Below, in pieces: positions 38,240 through 47,851 of a stretch of DNA of 64,000 nt. The notes under the pieces are model-generated. The model saw nothing but the letters and a program-made list of their open reading frames with translations. It had not been told where the DNA came from and did no database searches. Both the position numbers and the translations under genes were made by a program. Every line of letters starts with the position of its first letter. Within the stretch, counting starts at the first letter, position 1. Origin of the DNA: Patescibacteria group bacterium (lineage in GTDB: Bacteria > Patescibacteriota > Gracilibacteria > UBA4473); assembly GCA_965660445.1 (NCBI GenBank), contig CBFIAK010000001.1, positions 448,001 through 512,000 on the forward strand, given 5' to 3'.

Positions 38240-39529
38240 TTAAAACAAGTCATCACCAGTAATGCTTTGACTTCGTTTATTATAGTTGATAGACCGTTTG
38301 ACAAAGAAGTCTCCGTGTTTAGTGGCTACAATTTCTTCGTCGAACCATTCTGTTTGTTCAATAAGACTGTGGTCTATATCAAAAACTGGCTTAATACCGA
38401 TACTTTGAAGTGAGTTATTGAGTCGATTTTTTATAAATTCAAGGATTACTTTTTTTGGAAGGAATGAAAGTTCTCCTTTTTCGAGTATCCAGTCGAGAAC
38501 GAGTTTTTCTCCTTCATAAGCTGCCTTGCAAGCCGTAATGATGCTTTGATTGTAGTCGTCATCAAACCATGCAGGATTTTCTTTTTTAATAATATTGATA
38601 AGCTCAATACCAAAAAGTCCGTGGATTTCTTCTTCTTTCGATGTTGCTTCAACCGCATTAGAAATTCCTTTGAAAAGATTTTTATGTTTATTAAATGCCA
38701 TCATAATAAGAAACTGTGAAAACAGTGATACATGTTCAATAAACAATGAGAAAAGAAGAACCGATTTTGCGTATTCTTGGTTACTCTCACTATTTGATGT
38801 TTCAATGGCCGCTTCAAGGTATTTTACACGTTCAGAAAGTGCAGGAATTGTGTTTATTTTGCTGAACTCTTCATTCAGTCCGAGTATTTCTAAAAGGTGA
38901 GAATAGGCGTCCATATGTCGAACTTCACTTTCTGCAAAAGTGAACCCAACAGCTGCAATTTCTGGTTTCGGCATTTTTTTATAAATATTTCCCCAGAATG
39001 TTTTAACCGCTACTTCAATTTGAGCGATGGCAATCATGGAATGCTTGATAGCACTTCGTTCTACTTCATTTACGTTGACTTTGAAGTCTTGTATGTCACT
39101 TGTGTAGTTAAATTCTGTGTGCACCCAGTAAGAATGACGAATCGCATTCACATATTCATAGAGCTCTGGATATTCATACGGTTTTAGATTTCTTCGTTTT
39201 CGAAACAAGTTACGAACTCGAAGTTCTTTGTGTTTTTCTCGGTAGAGAATATAGGCTTTTGCAACGGTATGAAATTTTGTTGCCATAAGAGCTTCTTCTA
39301 CCAAATCTTGAATTTCTTCAACGGACAGTCCTTTTGATCCATTTTTAAGAATCCGAGCATTTTTCTTGTAAAGGGTTAGTGCTTTTTGGGCTACTTTTTC
39401 GGCATCTTCTTTAGAACCTTCCCCAGTAGCATTCATGGCTTTTAAAATCGCATGAGTTATTTTATCGAGAGTGAAAGACTGTACGTTTCCATCTCGTTTT
39501 TCTACGAACATGTTGTGTGTTTCAGACAT
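38240..39529 (-). CDS. nrdB: Ribonucleotide reductase class I beta subunit with an N-terminal ATP cone
   Basis: VEKRDG...KITHAI...VEEIQDLVEEALM..AKAYILYR, then ESEVRHMDAY, EEEIH and DFF. Confidence 0.93.
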   Translation of the reverse strand: MSETHNMFVEKRDGNVQSFTLDKITHAILKAMNATGEGSKEDAEKVAQKALTLYKKNARILKNGSKGLSVEEIQDLVEEALMATKFHTVAKAYILYREKHKELRVRNLFRKRRNLKPYEYPELYEYVNAIRHSYWVHTEFNYTSDIQDFKVNVNEVERSAIKHSMIAIAQIEVAVKTFWGNIYKKMPKPEIAAVGFTFAESEVRHMDAYSHLLEILGLNEEFSKINTIPALSERVKYLEAAIETSNSESNQEYAKSVLLFSLFIEHVSLFSQFLIMMAFNKHKNLFKGISNAVEATSKEEEIHGLFGIELINIIKKENPAWFDDDYNQSIITACKAAYEGEKLVLDWILEKGELSFLPKKVILEFIKNRLNNSLQSIGIKPVFDIDHSLIEQTEWFDEEIVATKHGDFFVKRSINYNKRSQSITGDDLF

Positions 39530-39602
39530 ATGAACGAAAATAAGTGTTAAAAAATAAAGGAAAAAACAACGTGCATTGAGTATACGATAAAAAATATTAA
39601 AG

Positions 39603-39651
39603 GTACAATATATTGGTGTAAAAAATGTTGAGGTAATACTACATATAGTGT
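39603..39651. promoter_or_regulatory. Tandem NrdR boxes
   Basis: gtaCAATATATTGgtg (39603) and ataCTACATATAGtgt (39636) match acaCwAtATaTwGtgt; 33 bp apart, upstream of nrdB. Confidence 0.75.
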
Positions 39652-39920
39652 TTTTTAGTATTTTTGGTATTTTTATAGAGGTGTAAAAAAGAAAGATATA
39701 GAATGAAAAAAAAATATCTTTGAGCAATATTTTTGTTCTAAAAGGAGAATGTTTTTTTATGTAAAATCGTCTATTGAGTATGTGGTCTTATTTTTTTATT
39801 TCTCTCTATTGATTTGGTTTTGTGTTTTGCGTATGAAAGACAGAAGAAACTGTATTTTTCGGTTTTGGGATAATCGTCAGTGGGGGGAAGAAACCAAAAG
39901 ATATGCAATAAAGGAGTGGG

Positions 39921-39980
39921 TTGACTGATTTTAAAGGTGTTGTTATAAGTGAATTAGTTCTTTGAATGTTCGGTATTTAA
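39921..39980 (+). promoter_or_regulatory. Sigma70-type promoter plus conserved 30-nt leader, copy 1
   Basis: TTGACT-17-(TGn)TATAAG then GAATTAGTTCTTTGAATGTTCGGTATTTAA. Confidence 0.65.
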
Positions 39981-40009
39981 GTTTTTTTCAACCAAAAAAA
40001 GGAAGTCGT

Positions 40010-40243
40010 ATGAAACGATTTAAAGCATTAAAATCAGTATCAGGATTAGTAGATTTGGGTTGTTCAGGTATTACAATACCAGTTCCTTCATTAGTCGAAG
40101 GGAAGATTTATCCACAAGTTGAATCCGATTATTTTCTGGATGACGATCGGGTTCGTCGAGATATAAAAAATTACCTTGAAAGAGGTTTTATTGAAGAAAT
40201 GCCTTTGACGCCAGATAATGGAAAAATAATTGACAAATTGTAA
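40010..40243 (+). CDS. Hypothetical small protein
   Basis: ATG 40010 preceded by AAAGGAAG. Confidence 0.55.
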   Translation: MKRFKALKSVSGLVDLGCSGITIPVPSLVEGKIYPQVESDYFLDDDRVRRDIKNYLERGFIEEMPLTPDNGKIIDKL

Positions 40244-40289
40244 AAATATTGTTAAACTGGAATCAGTTCTTTGAATGTTCGGTATTTAA
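40230..40289 (+). promoter_or_regulatory. Sigma70-type promoter plus conserved 30-nt leader, copy 2
   Basis: TTGACA-17-(TGn)TAAACT then GAATCAGTTCTTTGAATGTTCGGTATTTAA. Confidence 0.65.
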
Positions 40290-40324
40290 AAATTTTTTTT
40301 CATATATAAAAAAAGGAGATTGCG

Positions 40325-40777
40325 ATGAAAATCAAAGTCATAACTCTTGCGATATTCTTATTCGCAGCGTTTTCTCAAGTGTTGGTATCGAAAGATGTAC
40401 AACAAATAAAAGTAGAGGATCTAAGTCAAGAAGATCAACGTATTATTCTTGATCGTTATCATTACATCACTGATGTGTTGTCACTTCATTTAAAAATGAA
40501 AAATAAAGGAGATGATTTAGAAAAACTAAATAATCTAAAACTAGAGGATCCAGAAAAAGCAACTTTGAAAGAGATGAGTGATTATTTTTATGTATTCACA
40601 AATCGTTATTTCGAAAACTATTATTCTGTAAAACCAGAAATGATAGTTGTCCAAATTAAGGATGTAGAAGTTGAATCATCAATTCAGGATTATGATTTCA
40701 ACGATCCTATTGGTAAATCTGCATCGTTTTCGGGTCATCATATACAAACGATTATTCGTATATTAAGCAAATCATAA
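40325..40777 (+). CDS. Hypothetical secreted protein
   Basis: Signal-peptide-like N-terminus; AAGGAG Shine-Dalgarno. Confidence 0.65.
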   Translation: MKIKVITLAIFLFAAFSQVLVSKDVQQIKVEDLSQEDQRIILDRYHYITDVLSLHLKMKNKGDDLEKLNNLKLEDPEKATLKEMSDYFYVFTNRYFENYYSVKPEMIVVQIKDVEVESSIQDYDFNDPIGKSASFSGHHIQTIIRILSKS

Positions 40778-40800
40778 ATACCAGAACCAAAGACATTTCA

Positions 40801-40830
40801 AAAGCCACTCATAACACAGTGGCTTTTTTT
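40801..40830 (+). terminator. Intrinsic terminator
   Basis: AAAGCCACT-cataacac-AGTGGCTTTTTTT. Confidence 0.8.
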
Positions 40831-40840
40831 ATGGAGAAGG

Positions 40841-41274
40841 ATATTACTCGATTCTAGAATCGAGTTTTTGTCTTCGTCACAATCGCTTCATGTTTTCATT
40901 TTGAAAAACTATTAATAAGTCCAGAAAGAAGTTTAGAAACTTCTTCTAGATCAGATTTAAGGTGATTTAGGGTTTGGGAGTCAATAATATTTTCGTCGTG
41001 TACAATTTCTAAAAGAGAGGCACATTCAAATACTGAACCACGAGATATAACATAAAAATTTTTACGATCATTTTTAGAAAGTTTTCCTGTTCCTTCTGCA
41101 ATATTAATAACCATGCTTATAGAGGCACGATAAAGTTGATCGCGAAGAAAAGTGTGGATTTTCTTTTCTTGTACAATTTTTTGAATTTTTTTGTGAACTA
41201 TTCTTGCTTTTTGGTAAGCAATGAGTTTCTCAAAATCAAACATAAAGAGAATATTACTAGATTCTAGAATCGAG
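40841..41274. repeat. 24-bp direct repeats (40841-40864 and 41251-41274) bracketing the four-helix-bundle gene
   Basis: ATATTACTCGATTCTAGAATCGAG versus ATATTACTAGATTCTAGAATCGAG (23/24). Confidence 0.9.
40896..41243 (-). CDS. Four-helix-bundle protein (23S rRNA IVS protein/bAvd-like family)
   Basis: FEKLIAYQKA, LRDQLYRASISMVINIAEG, ISRGSVFEC; start refined to MFDFEKL. Confidence 0.92.
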   Translation of the reverse strand: MFDFEKLIAYQKARIVHKKIQKIVQEKKIHTFLRDQLYRASISMVINIAEGTGKLSKNDRKNFYVISRGSVFECASLLEIVHDENIIDSQTLNHLKSDLEEVSKLLSGLINSFSK

Positions 41275-41312
41275 AATCTCGTAACGAGAATCGAGTCCCG
41301 CCTTTGGCGGGC

Positions 41313-41389
41313 TGGTCGGGGTGAAAGGACTCGAACCTTCGACCCCATGGTCCCAAACCATGTACTCTAGCCAACTGAGCTACACCCCG
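41313..41389 (-). tRNA. tRNA-Pro(TGG)
   Basis: CGGGGTGTAGCTCAG...CATGG-TT-TGG-GA-CCATG...ACCA. Confidence 0.96.
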
Positions 41390-41492
41390 TTTTTCCGACC
41401 AATATTCTCAAAAAAGAGCTTCAAGATTCTATGTTGAACCGGAAAAAAGTCAACTTGATTTTTTTACCTAAATCCGCAAAAATCCTCGGTGA

Positions 41493-43070
41493 ATGAGTTA
41501 TCGGAAACGGAAATTATGGCTAAGGAAGCAACAAGCTGTTTTACGAAACAGCTTGTTTTTTCTTCTTCTCTTTTTCGTGATAACTATTATTTGGTGGGGT
41601 GGAACAATGCTTTTTCAGATTATTTTTACCCATGAAACATGGGAAGACGTTTTTCCAGATACGGCGATTGATGTGGTGAGTTTTTCTTTTTCGTCACAAA
41701 AATCCCTATCACAACAAGAGGCATCATTACAGAAAGATTTACAAGACAGTGTTCTGCAAAAAATACAGTCTCATTTGCAGTATTCAGATATTGAAATTCC
41801 TGTATCAACACACCCAGAACGTATAGTATGGGCAACATTGCCGAATGCACATTGGGTTTTTGCTCTTGAATATGATGAAACAATACCATTAGAATCTTTG
41901 CAATCAGATACGGTTTTTGATTTTTCTCAATCACAACCCCTCTTTTTTATGCGTCAAAAAGATTGGTTCTTTTTTTCTTCTACGGAAGATATATTTGATT
42001 CTCGTAATTCTCTTGCCCATTTCTTCTTGTATAAGCAATGGAAAAAGAACGTATCAAAAGGGGATTTTACATGGTATCGAAACATAAAAGCATGGGTGTC
42101 GAACCAAAACTATAACCAACACGAATTGTATGAACCACTTCGTCAAACACTGGCCGATATTTTTCCTGTGTTTGGTCTATCAGGGCATGTAAAAGAATCG
42201 GGTATGGATATGAATTTCTTTGTGTCTTCGTCATTCGATATCGATATACCAACGCGAGTGTACCAAAATTATCATACAGCCGTTGGAAAAAATGCATTAT
42301 TCTTTTGGCATGGAGCTGGATTGGGAAATGTTTTGGAAACAATAAAAGAACAGGTGGAAAAAACGAATATCCATGCGGCACAATTACTTGATTTTTATTG
42401 GAATACGAAGAAAAATCAGTTTGGTATTGATATCGAATCAATAGTGACTTCTTTTTTAAAGAACGAATATGCCGTTTGGTTGGATATTGATCATGCTTCA
42501 AACGATTTTATGGCGATGTTTTTTAATGCGGATCCTCAATTTTTTGAATCACGTTCGGTGTTATGGCATGAATGGCAATCGTTTTTATCGCCTGAACTGG
42601 AAATTGTAGATTTGCCCAATGGTGATGTTCGGCAAAGTTTAGTAAAATCATCCCTCGATGATATTCTATTCGAAACACAGATATTTCAGAACCAAACCTA
42701 TACACAGGCTCCAGAAACGATTATCCAAAAAGGGCAAATTGGGTGGTTTTCAAACTCTTATTTTTCAGGACTCTCAACGCACGCTTCATTGCTTTCTCAA
42801 TCACTTCATTCTTTGTCTTCGCCTCAAGATCAACTCTCATCTCACACCGATGTACAAGACTCTATACAAGGGTTTTGGTTGAAGAATTGGGGCGTTACCC
42901 ATGTATCGCATTGGTCGTTTATTCCAGACCATTATCGGGAAAAAGTGTTTCAAACCAGTTTCCAAAAACAAATAGAATCACACATAAAAACTCATTTTAG
43001 GTCAGTGCTTTTTCGGTTTGTTCCTAAATCAAAGGTGTTTCAATTAAGAACAAAATTTGTATTCAGGTAG
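41493..43070 (+). CDS. Hypothetical membrane-anchored protein
   Basis: Basic N-terminus, one TM segment and a large extracellular region. Confidence 0.6.
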   Translation: MSYRKRKLWLRKQQAVLRNSLFFLLLFFVITIIWWGGTMLFQIIFTHETWEDVFPDTAIDVVSFSFSSQKSLSQQEASLQKDLQDSVLQKIQSHLQYSDIEIPVSTHPERIVWATLPNAHWVFALEYDETIPLESLQSDTVFDFSQSQPLFFMRQKDWFFFSSTEDIFDSRNSLAHFFLYKQWKKNVSKGDFTWYRNIKAWVSNQNYNQHELYEPLRQTLADIFPVFGLSGHVKESGMDMNFFVSSSFDIDIPTRVYQNYHTAVGKNALFFWHGAGLGNVLETIKEQVEKTNIHAAQLLDFYWNTKKNQFGIDIESIVTSFLKNEYAVWLDIDHASNDFMAMFFNADPQFFESRSVLWHEWQSFLSPELEIVDLPNGDVRQSLVKSSLDDILFETQIFQNQTYTQAPETIIQKGQIGWFSNSYFSGLSTHASLLSQSLHSLSSPQDQLSSHTDVQDSIQGFWLKNWGVTHVSHWSFIPDHYREKVFQTSFQKQIESHIKTHFRSVLFRFVPKSKVFQLRTKFVFR

Positions 43071-43704
43071 AAGTAACTCCTTTTTTCTTGCATACTGATT
43101 GCAGTGGACATTGTTTGCATTTTGGTGAACGAGCAGTGCATGTATCTCGTCCGAATTGAACCATGCGGTGTGAAAAAATGCCCCATTGTTTTTTCGGAAT
43201 GAGTTTCATAATATCTTGTTCTATGCGAATAGGATCTGTATGTGTGGTAAGCCCAAGCCGATAGGTGATTCTTTTCATATGAGTATCAACAACAACCCCT
43301 TCGTTTTTTTGAAATACATTCCATAAAATAACATTTGCTGTTTTTCGTCCGACTCCTGATAATTGGAGGAGGTCTTTCATGTTATCAGGAAGTACCCCAT
43401 TGTGATGTATTAATAATTTATGAGCGGATTGAGATAAACTCTCTGCTTTTTGGCGATAAAATCCTGTAGAATGAATAATACGTTCTAATTCTTCTCGCGG
43501 ACGAGCAACATAACTTTCTAAATCAGAGAATATCTTAAATAATTCAGGCGTTACCATATTTACTCGTTTGTCAGTGCATTGTGCTGATAAAATAACTGCA
43601 AAAAGAAGTGTCCAGGGTCTTTCTTTATCCCAAAACAAATGACACTCATTGTCATACGGATACAATTCTTCAAAGGTGCTTAACAGTGTTTTTATAATTT
43701 TCAT
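43063..43704 (-). CDS. nth: Endonuclease III
   Basis: LSAQCTDKRVN, HhH LSGVGRKTANV, VDTH, CTARSPKCKQCPLQSVC. Confidence 0.97.
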   Translation of the reverse strand: MKIIKTLLSTFEELYPYDNECHLFWDKERPWTLLFAVILSAQCTDKRVNMVTPELFKIFSDLESYVARPREELERIIHSTGFYRQKAESLSQSAHKLLIHHNGVLPDNMKDLLQLSGVGRKTANVILWNVFQKNEGVVVDTHMKRITYRLGLTTHTDPIRIEQDIMKLIPKKQWGIFSHRMVQFGRDTCTARSPKCKQCPLQSVCKKKGVTST

Positions 43705-43804
43705 ATTCTCGAAAAAGTATACGAGTATTTTTATTTTTTTCAAAATAGAACAATTTTTTTGTTCATTTTACAACTTAAGAAAAAGAAAGTACTATGAAGA
43801 AAAT

Positions 43805-45133
43805 ATGAGAAACAGTGTTTTGTTATTGATGCTCTTTATTCCCATGATGGCATGGGCCAATATTGCCAATGAAATTAATACGTTTATTGATCGTTTTTTT
43901 CAAACACCTTCTTCATCTCAGGAAATAAATACATCGAATGTGTCAGAAGTAATTGGTGATTTTCAGTTTGACGATGAGCGTTCTCAACAATATGCAGAAG
44001 ATCGTATTACATACCTCCTTCAAGAACTCGAAGTATTTGAATCATCTATTCGAGAGAAAGAGCAATCGTTATGGTCACAAGACCAAAAAAAAAGGACCAT
44101 TCGTGAGAATATAAACCTTTTAGATCAACAATTGAATATTCAAAACCAGAAATTACAGCAAATTCAAGCACAGAAAAAAAAGTGGAATGATGAATTACAG
44201 CGTATTGCTTCACAGAAATCATCTATCGTTCTCCAAAAAGAGGCCTATAAAAAAGATATTGAAAAGCAGGCGATTCGTAGGAAACTCCGTGAGAATTTTT
44301 TAGGAAACTCGCCAGAAATTCAGAAAATGAGGTGGTTATTTTCTTCTCAGAAAGTGAGTGACTTACTCGCCTCAAGACGGAAAGAAAGAGAAGCTGAACA
44401 AAGAAAAAAACAACGATTAGCGTCGTTATATACATCACAAAACTTTATAGAAAACCAAGAGCGACATGCATTTTTAGTGCAAAGAACTATTCAGGATCTA
44501 GAAGCAAAAACTATTCGAGAAAAAAATGTCTATGAAAATTTACTTCAGGCAAAGGCATCACTTGAACAGCAATTGCAGTCTGATACTCAAAATACGAATC
44601 AAGAATTAGAATCAATATATACAGCTCGGAGTCAACTTATACAAGATCTTCAGACCATGCAATCGGTATTACACACAGAAGAAGGTTTACCACAAACCGA
44701 ACCCATTTCACCAGATGTTCAGTTTTCAACTCCATTGTCTATACCACTTCAAATAACAGCATCTTTTGAAGATCCTCAGTACGAAAAAACTTTTGGTATT
44801 CCTCATGACGGAGTTGATTTTTTTGCTCCACCTCAAACGCCTATCTTGGCAGTTGCTGATGGAATTGTTCAAAAAGTTGATTTTGAAGAGTATGACTATG
44901 CTTCACTTATTCTTTTTCATCCAGATTTAAATCTCTATACCATTTATGGACATATATCTCAAGCATTGGCCTCAGAAGGTGATTTGATTTCAGTCGGAGA
45001 TACTATTGCATTAAGTGGTGGAGTTCCTGGTGAAAAAGGATCAGGGTTTTTAACAACCGGACCACATCTTCATTTTTCAGTCTTTAAAAATGGGGTCTTT
45101 GTAGACCCCATGCAGTATTTATCAATAGAATAA
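43805..45133 (+). CDS. Coiled-coil M23 peptidase (EnvC/murein hydrolase-like)
   Basis: Signal peptide, long coiled coil, HDGVDF, YGHI, TGPHLHF. Confidence 0.88.
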   Translation: MRNSVLLLMLFIPMMAWANIANEINTFIDRFFQTPSSSQEINTSNVSEVIGDFQFDDERSQQYAEDRITYLLQELEVFESSIREKEQSLWSQDQKKRTIRENINLLDQQLNIQNQKLQQIQAQKKKWNDELQRIASQKSSIVLQKEAYKKDIEKQAIRRKLRENFLGNSPEIQKMRWLFSSQKVSDLLASRRKEREAEQRKKQRLASLYTSQNFIENQERHAFLVQRTIQDLEAKTIREKNVYENLLQAKASLEQQLQSDTQNTNQELESIYTARSQLIQDLQTMQSVLHTEEGLPQTEPISPDVQFSTPLSIPLQITASFEDPQYEKTFGIPHDGVDFFAPPQTPILAVADGIVQKVDFEEYDYASLILFHPDLNLYTIYGHISQALASEGDLISVGDTIALSGGVPGEKGSGFLTTGPHLHFSVFKNGVFVDPMQYLSIE

Positions 45134-45140
45134 ACAGTTT

Positions 45141-45716
45141 TTATGCTGCGTTTTTTCTGAATCGTGAAAAGATAGATTTTTTCTCAGGCTCCGGTTGTGT
45201 ATCAGTTTCCTCATTTGACTGTGATTGATTATCATTTCCAGTATTTTCCTTTGTATCGTTTGAACTATTTTCTTGTTCGCCAAGTTTCTGGATAATAATA
45301 GCTTGCAGTGTTTCGATTCGTTCATTCATTTCTTTCATACCTTTCGTATAAATATCTTCTTTTTCTTGTTCGAGTGTTATTCTTTGTTTTTCTCTAACAC
45401 CCCCCGCAACCGATCCAATAGCTCCACCAGCCATTCCACCTCCTAAAAGAGATGTCATACCAAGTGAGGGAATACTACTGGCAATAAGTGGAGAAGATGC
45501 TCCCAGTAATGCAGCACCTCCAACGGCTAACACACCACCACTTAAAGCACCAATACCAATCCCGACGCCAGCTGCTTTGAGTACTCGAGCTATTTTTTTT
45601 CGTGATTCTGCTTTTATTTTATTGCGTTCAAGTTCATAGATTTCTTTTCGATTTTCATCAGAAAGAATAGGAACTTCTTTGTGAACCGTTGTATTAAGCG
45701 TATATTGTGTATTCAT
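45141..45716 (-). CDS. Hypothetical glycine-zipper membrane protein
   Basis: GVGIGIGALSGG...GGGMAGGAIGSVAGG. Confidence 0.6.
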   Translation of the reverse strand: MNTQYTLNTTVHKEVPILSDENRKEIYELERNKIKAESRKKIARVLKAAGVGIGIGALSGGVLAVGGAALLGASSPLIASSIPSLGMTSLLGGGMAGGAIGSVAGGVREKQRITLEQEKEDIYTKGMKEMNERIETLQAIIIQKLGEQENSSNDTKENTGNDNQSQSNEETDTQPEPEKKSIFSRFRKNAA

Positions 45717-45780
45717 GAAATGAAAATAAATTATATTTACAAATATTCTTATATAATATTATTTATATATTGTCAAATAA

Positions 45781-45811
45781 AAAAACCTCACTTCGCAGAA
45801 AGTGAGGTTTT
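45781..45811. terminator. Intrinsic terminator
   Basis: AAAACCTCACTT-cgcaga-AAGTGAGGTTTT. Confidence 0.8.
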
Positions 45812-45817
45812 GAATAT

Positions 45818-47095
45818 TTATTCGAGAAGGATTGTTTGTGAATGATTATAGTTATGACTTATAACACGCACAAAATACACGCCTTTCAAATTTTGCATTG
45901 AGAAATTTTTATTTCCTTTGAATGTTGATCTAAAAACTTCTCGTCCATTAATATCATATACAGAAAGAGCACTCTGGTCGAGTTCTGATTGAACATATAT
46001 TGACTGATGGGCTGTATAGATATGTATATTTTCTTGTTTCTCGTTTACCGAGGAAATATTTCCAATAGGAAAAGAGAGGGATTCATCAGGGCGAACGAGT
46101 ACACCATTATGCACAAGTGTAACAGTTGCCATTCCTTCTGATGTAATAATAAAGCGTGCTTGCTTTTTATTATAATCAAGAAGTGTTCCGGTAACACCTG
46201 AAAGTGAAAATGCAGGTTCCCATGAAGTCATATCATCATGGTTTCCTTTTATATACACAGTAATCGTATCACCGATTTGTGTATTTTGAGGAATGCGTTC
46301 TGTGTCTAAGGATGGAAATATGAATCCATCAAGAACACGGACAATAATATAGTCTAGATGAAAATAATCATCTGTGAGTGCTGTATATCCACCAACATGT
46401 GGAAATGTAGCATATTGACTCTGATAATACGTACCATATTTTTCATCTGATACGATTGCTTTATTTCGTTCAAATTGTTCTCCAGCAATAAATCCAAGAC
46501 TCATATTGAAATCGTTCCACAAGGGATTTATCTCCCATAAACACGATAACCCTTTTGGGAGTGTCAGTGTGTCTGGGAGAGTGTGGGATACTATATCACT
46601 ACATCCATCCATTTCTTTGTATTTATTGAATGTAGAGTACGTATTTGGTGCATCTTTGTTATACGCATCAGATGCGGAAAATAACACCATGTGTTGATCT
46701 TGTCGTAGTAACTTTGAGTTGTAACTCAAAATATACCGATTTGTGTTTGATATATCATATCGCTGTACAATACTATCTGTGTATTGCTTTATGCGGTTAT
46801 GATTTTGTATATCATTTTTTGTTTTTTGGTCACTGATTTCTTGGTATCCAAGATTTTCAGCACCAAAATAAACCCATTGCGTTGTGTCATTTGTACTCAT
46901 TTTTTGAAATGACTCATTGAGAATCAAATCATTGAGCAGTTTTTCACTTGTTTTTTCATTCCCCCAACGATCATTTAATACGTCCCATTGAGTTTGTGTG
47001 TAAAACAAGGTGTGAGGAGTAACACTGTGTTTCGAATGAGCATAAAGCCCATTTATGTTTATTGCTACAAAGCAAAGAATAATAAGAGCATTCAT
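45818..47095 (-). CDS. Secreted protein with a T9SS type-A C-terminal sorting-domain-like tail
   Basis: Signal peptide; C-terminal SVYDINGREV...NLKGVYFVRV...SQTILLE. Confidence 0.7.
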   Translation of the reverse strand: MNALIILCFVAININGLYAHSKHSVTPHTLFYTQTQWDVLNDRWGNEKTSEKLLNDLILNESFQKMSTNDTTQWVYFGAENLGYQEISDQKTKNDIQNHNRIKQYTDSIVQRYDISNTNRYILSYNSKLLRQDQHMVLFSASDAYNKDAPNTYSTFNKYKEMDGCSDIVSHTLPDTLTLPKGLSCLWEINPLWNDFNMSLGFIAGEQFERNKAIVSDEKYGTYYQSQYATFPHVGGYTALTDDYFHLDYIIVRVLDGFIFPSLDTERIPQNTQIGDTITVYIKGNHDDMTSWEPAFSLSGVTGTLLDYNKKQARFIITSEGMATVTLVHNGVLVRPDESLSFPIGNISSVNEKQENIHIYTAHQSIYVQSELDQSALSVYDINGREVFRSTFKGNKNFSMQNLKGVYFVRVISHNYNHSQTILLE

Positions 47096-47191
47096 AATGA
47101 ATTCCTTTTTTTTGTGATTTAAAAGAGCTAAAAATATATTAAAATATATTTTAATATTGTCAAGTTTCTGTGTTTTGTCCAAGAAGAGTTC

Positions 47192-47731
47192 TTATGCGTT
47201 TTTGTGATATGTTTTATATTCAGCACTGCATTCTTCTAAAAACTCAATTGCTTTTTTTGCATTTTTTGTCCCGAGAAGCGTTATTTTCTTTCCTTTATTG
47301 CGGTCTTTGTAATGTGATAAAAACCATTCAATATTTGCAATTGTTTCGCTTTCAATGTCAGTTAAATCTTTACAATGATTGTAGAATGGGTCGTCTTTTG
47401 GTATGGCTAATATTTTATGGTCAAGTTCCCCAGTGTCTTCCATTTCAATAATTCCCACAAGTCGTACTGGCACAATAACTCCCGGATGGAATGTTTGAGA
47501 ACTGATAACAATAACATCCATAGGATCATTATCGAATTTATTCCATGTTTGTGGAAAAAATCCGTAATTTTGAGGATAGAGTACTGGAGTTTTGAAAATT
47601 CTATCGACAAACATCGCTCCGTGTTTTTCATTGTATTCATATTTTACACAGCTGTGTTTTGGAATTTCAATAATGGCATGAAATACAGCATCGTGTCCTG
47701 ATTGAAGCGGAATGTCAGTAAAAAGATTCAT
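47192..47731 (-). CDS. ppa: Inorganic pyrophosphatase (family I)
   Basis: IEIPK..VKYEY, YPQNYGF, DNDPMDV, DHKI. Confidence 0.95.
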   Translation of the reverse strand: MNLFTDIPLQSGHDAVFHAIIEIPKHSCVKYEYNEKHGAMFVDRIFKTPVLYPQNYGFFPQTWNKFDNDPMDVIVISSQTFHPGVIVPVRLVGIIEMEDTGELDHKILAIPKDDPFYNHCKDLTDIESETIANIEWFLSHYKDRNKGKKITLLGTKNAKKAIEFLEECSAEYKTYHKNA

Positions 47732-47851
47732 TGATCTAAAAAGATAAAAATACTCATTTCGAATTATACGAAGAAAAATGTTTTTGAAAAGAAAAAAGAG
47801 TGAAGTTTTTGCTTCACTCTTTTTTTAAATTTATTTTGTTTTTTTGTTTCC

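Noticed and set aside
39530-39727. Hydrophobic 66-aa N-terminal extension on NrdB
   Set aside because: TTG-started read-through of the AT-rich promoter region containing the NrdR boxes; the ATP cone begins after ATG 39529.
40896-41243. Diversity-generating retroelement (Avd-like gene)
   Set aside because: No reverse transcriptase and no TR/VR pair with adenine-specific differences seen in the window.
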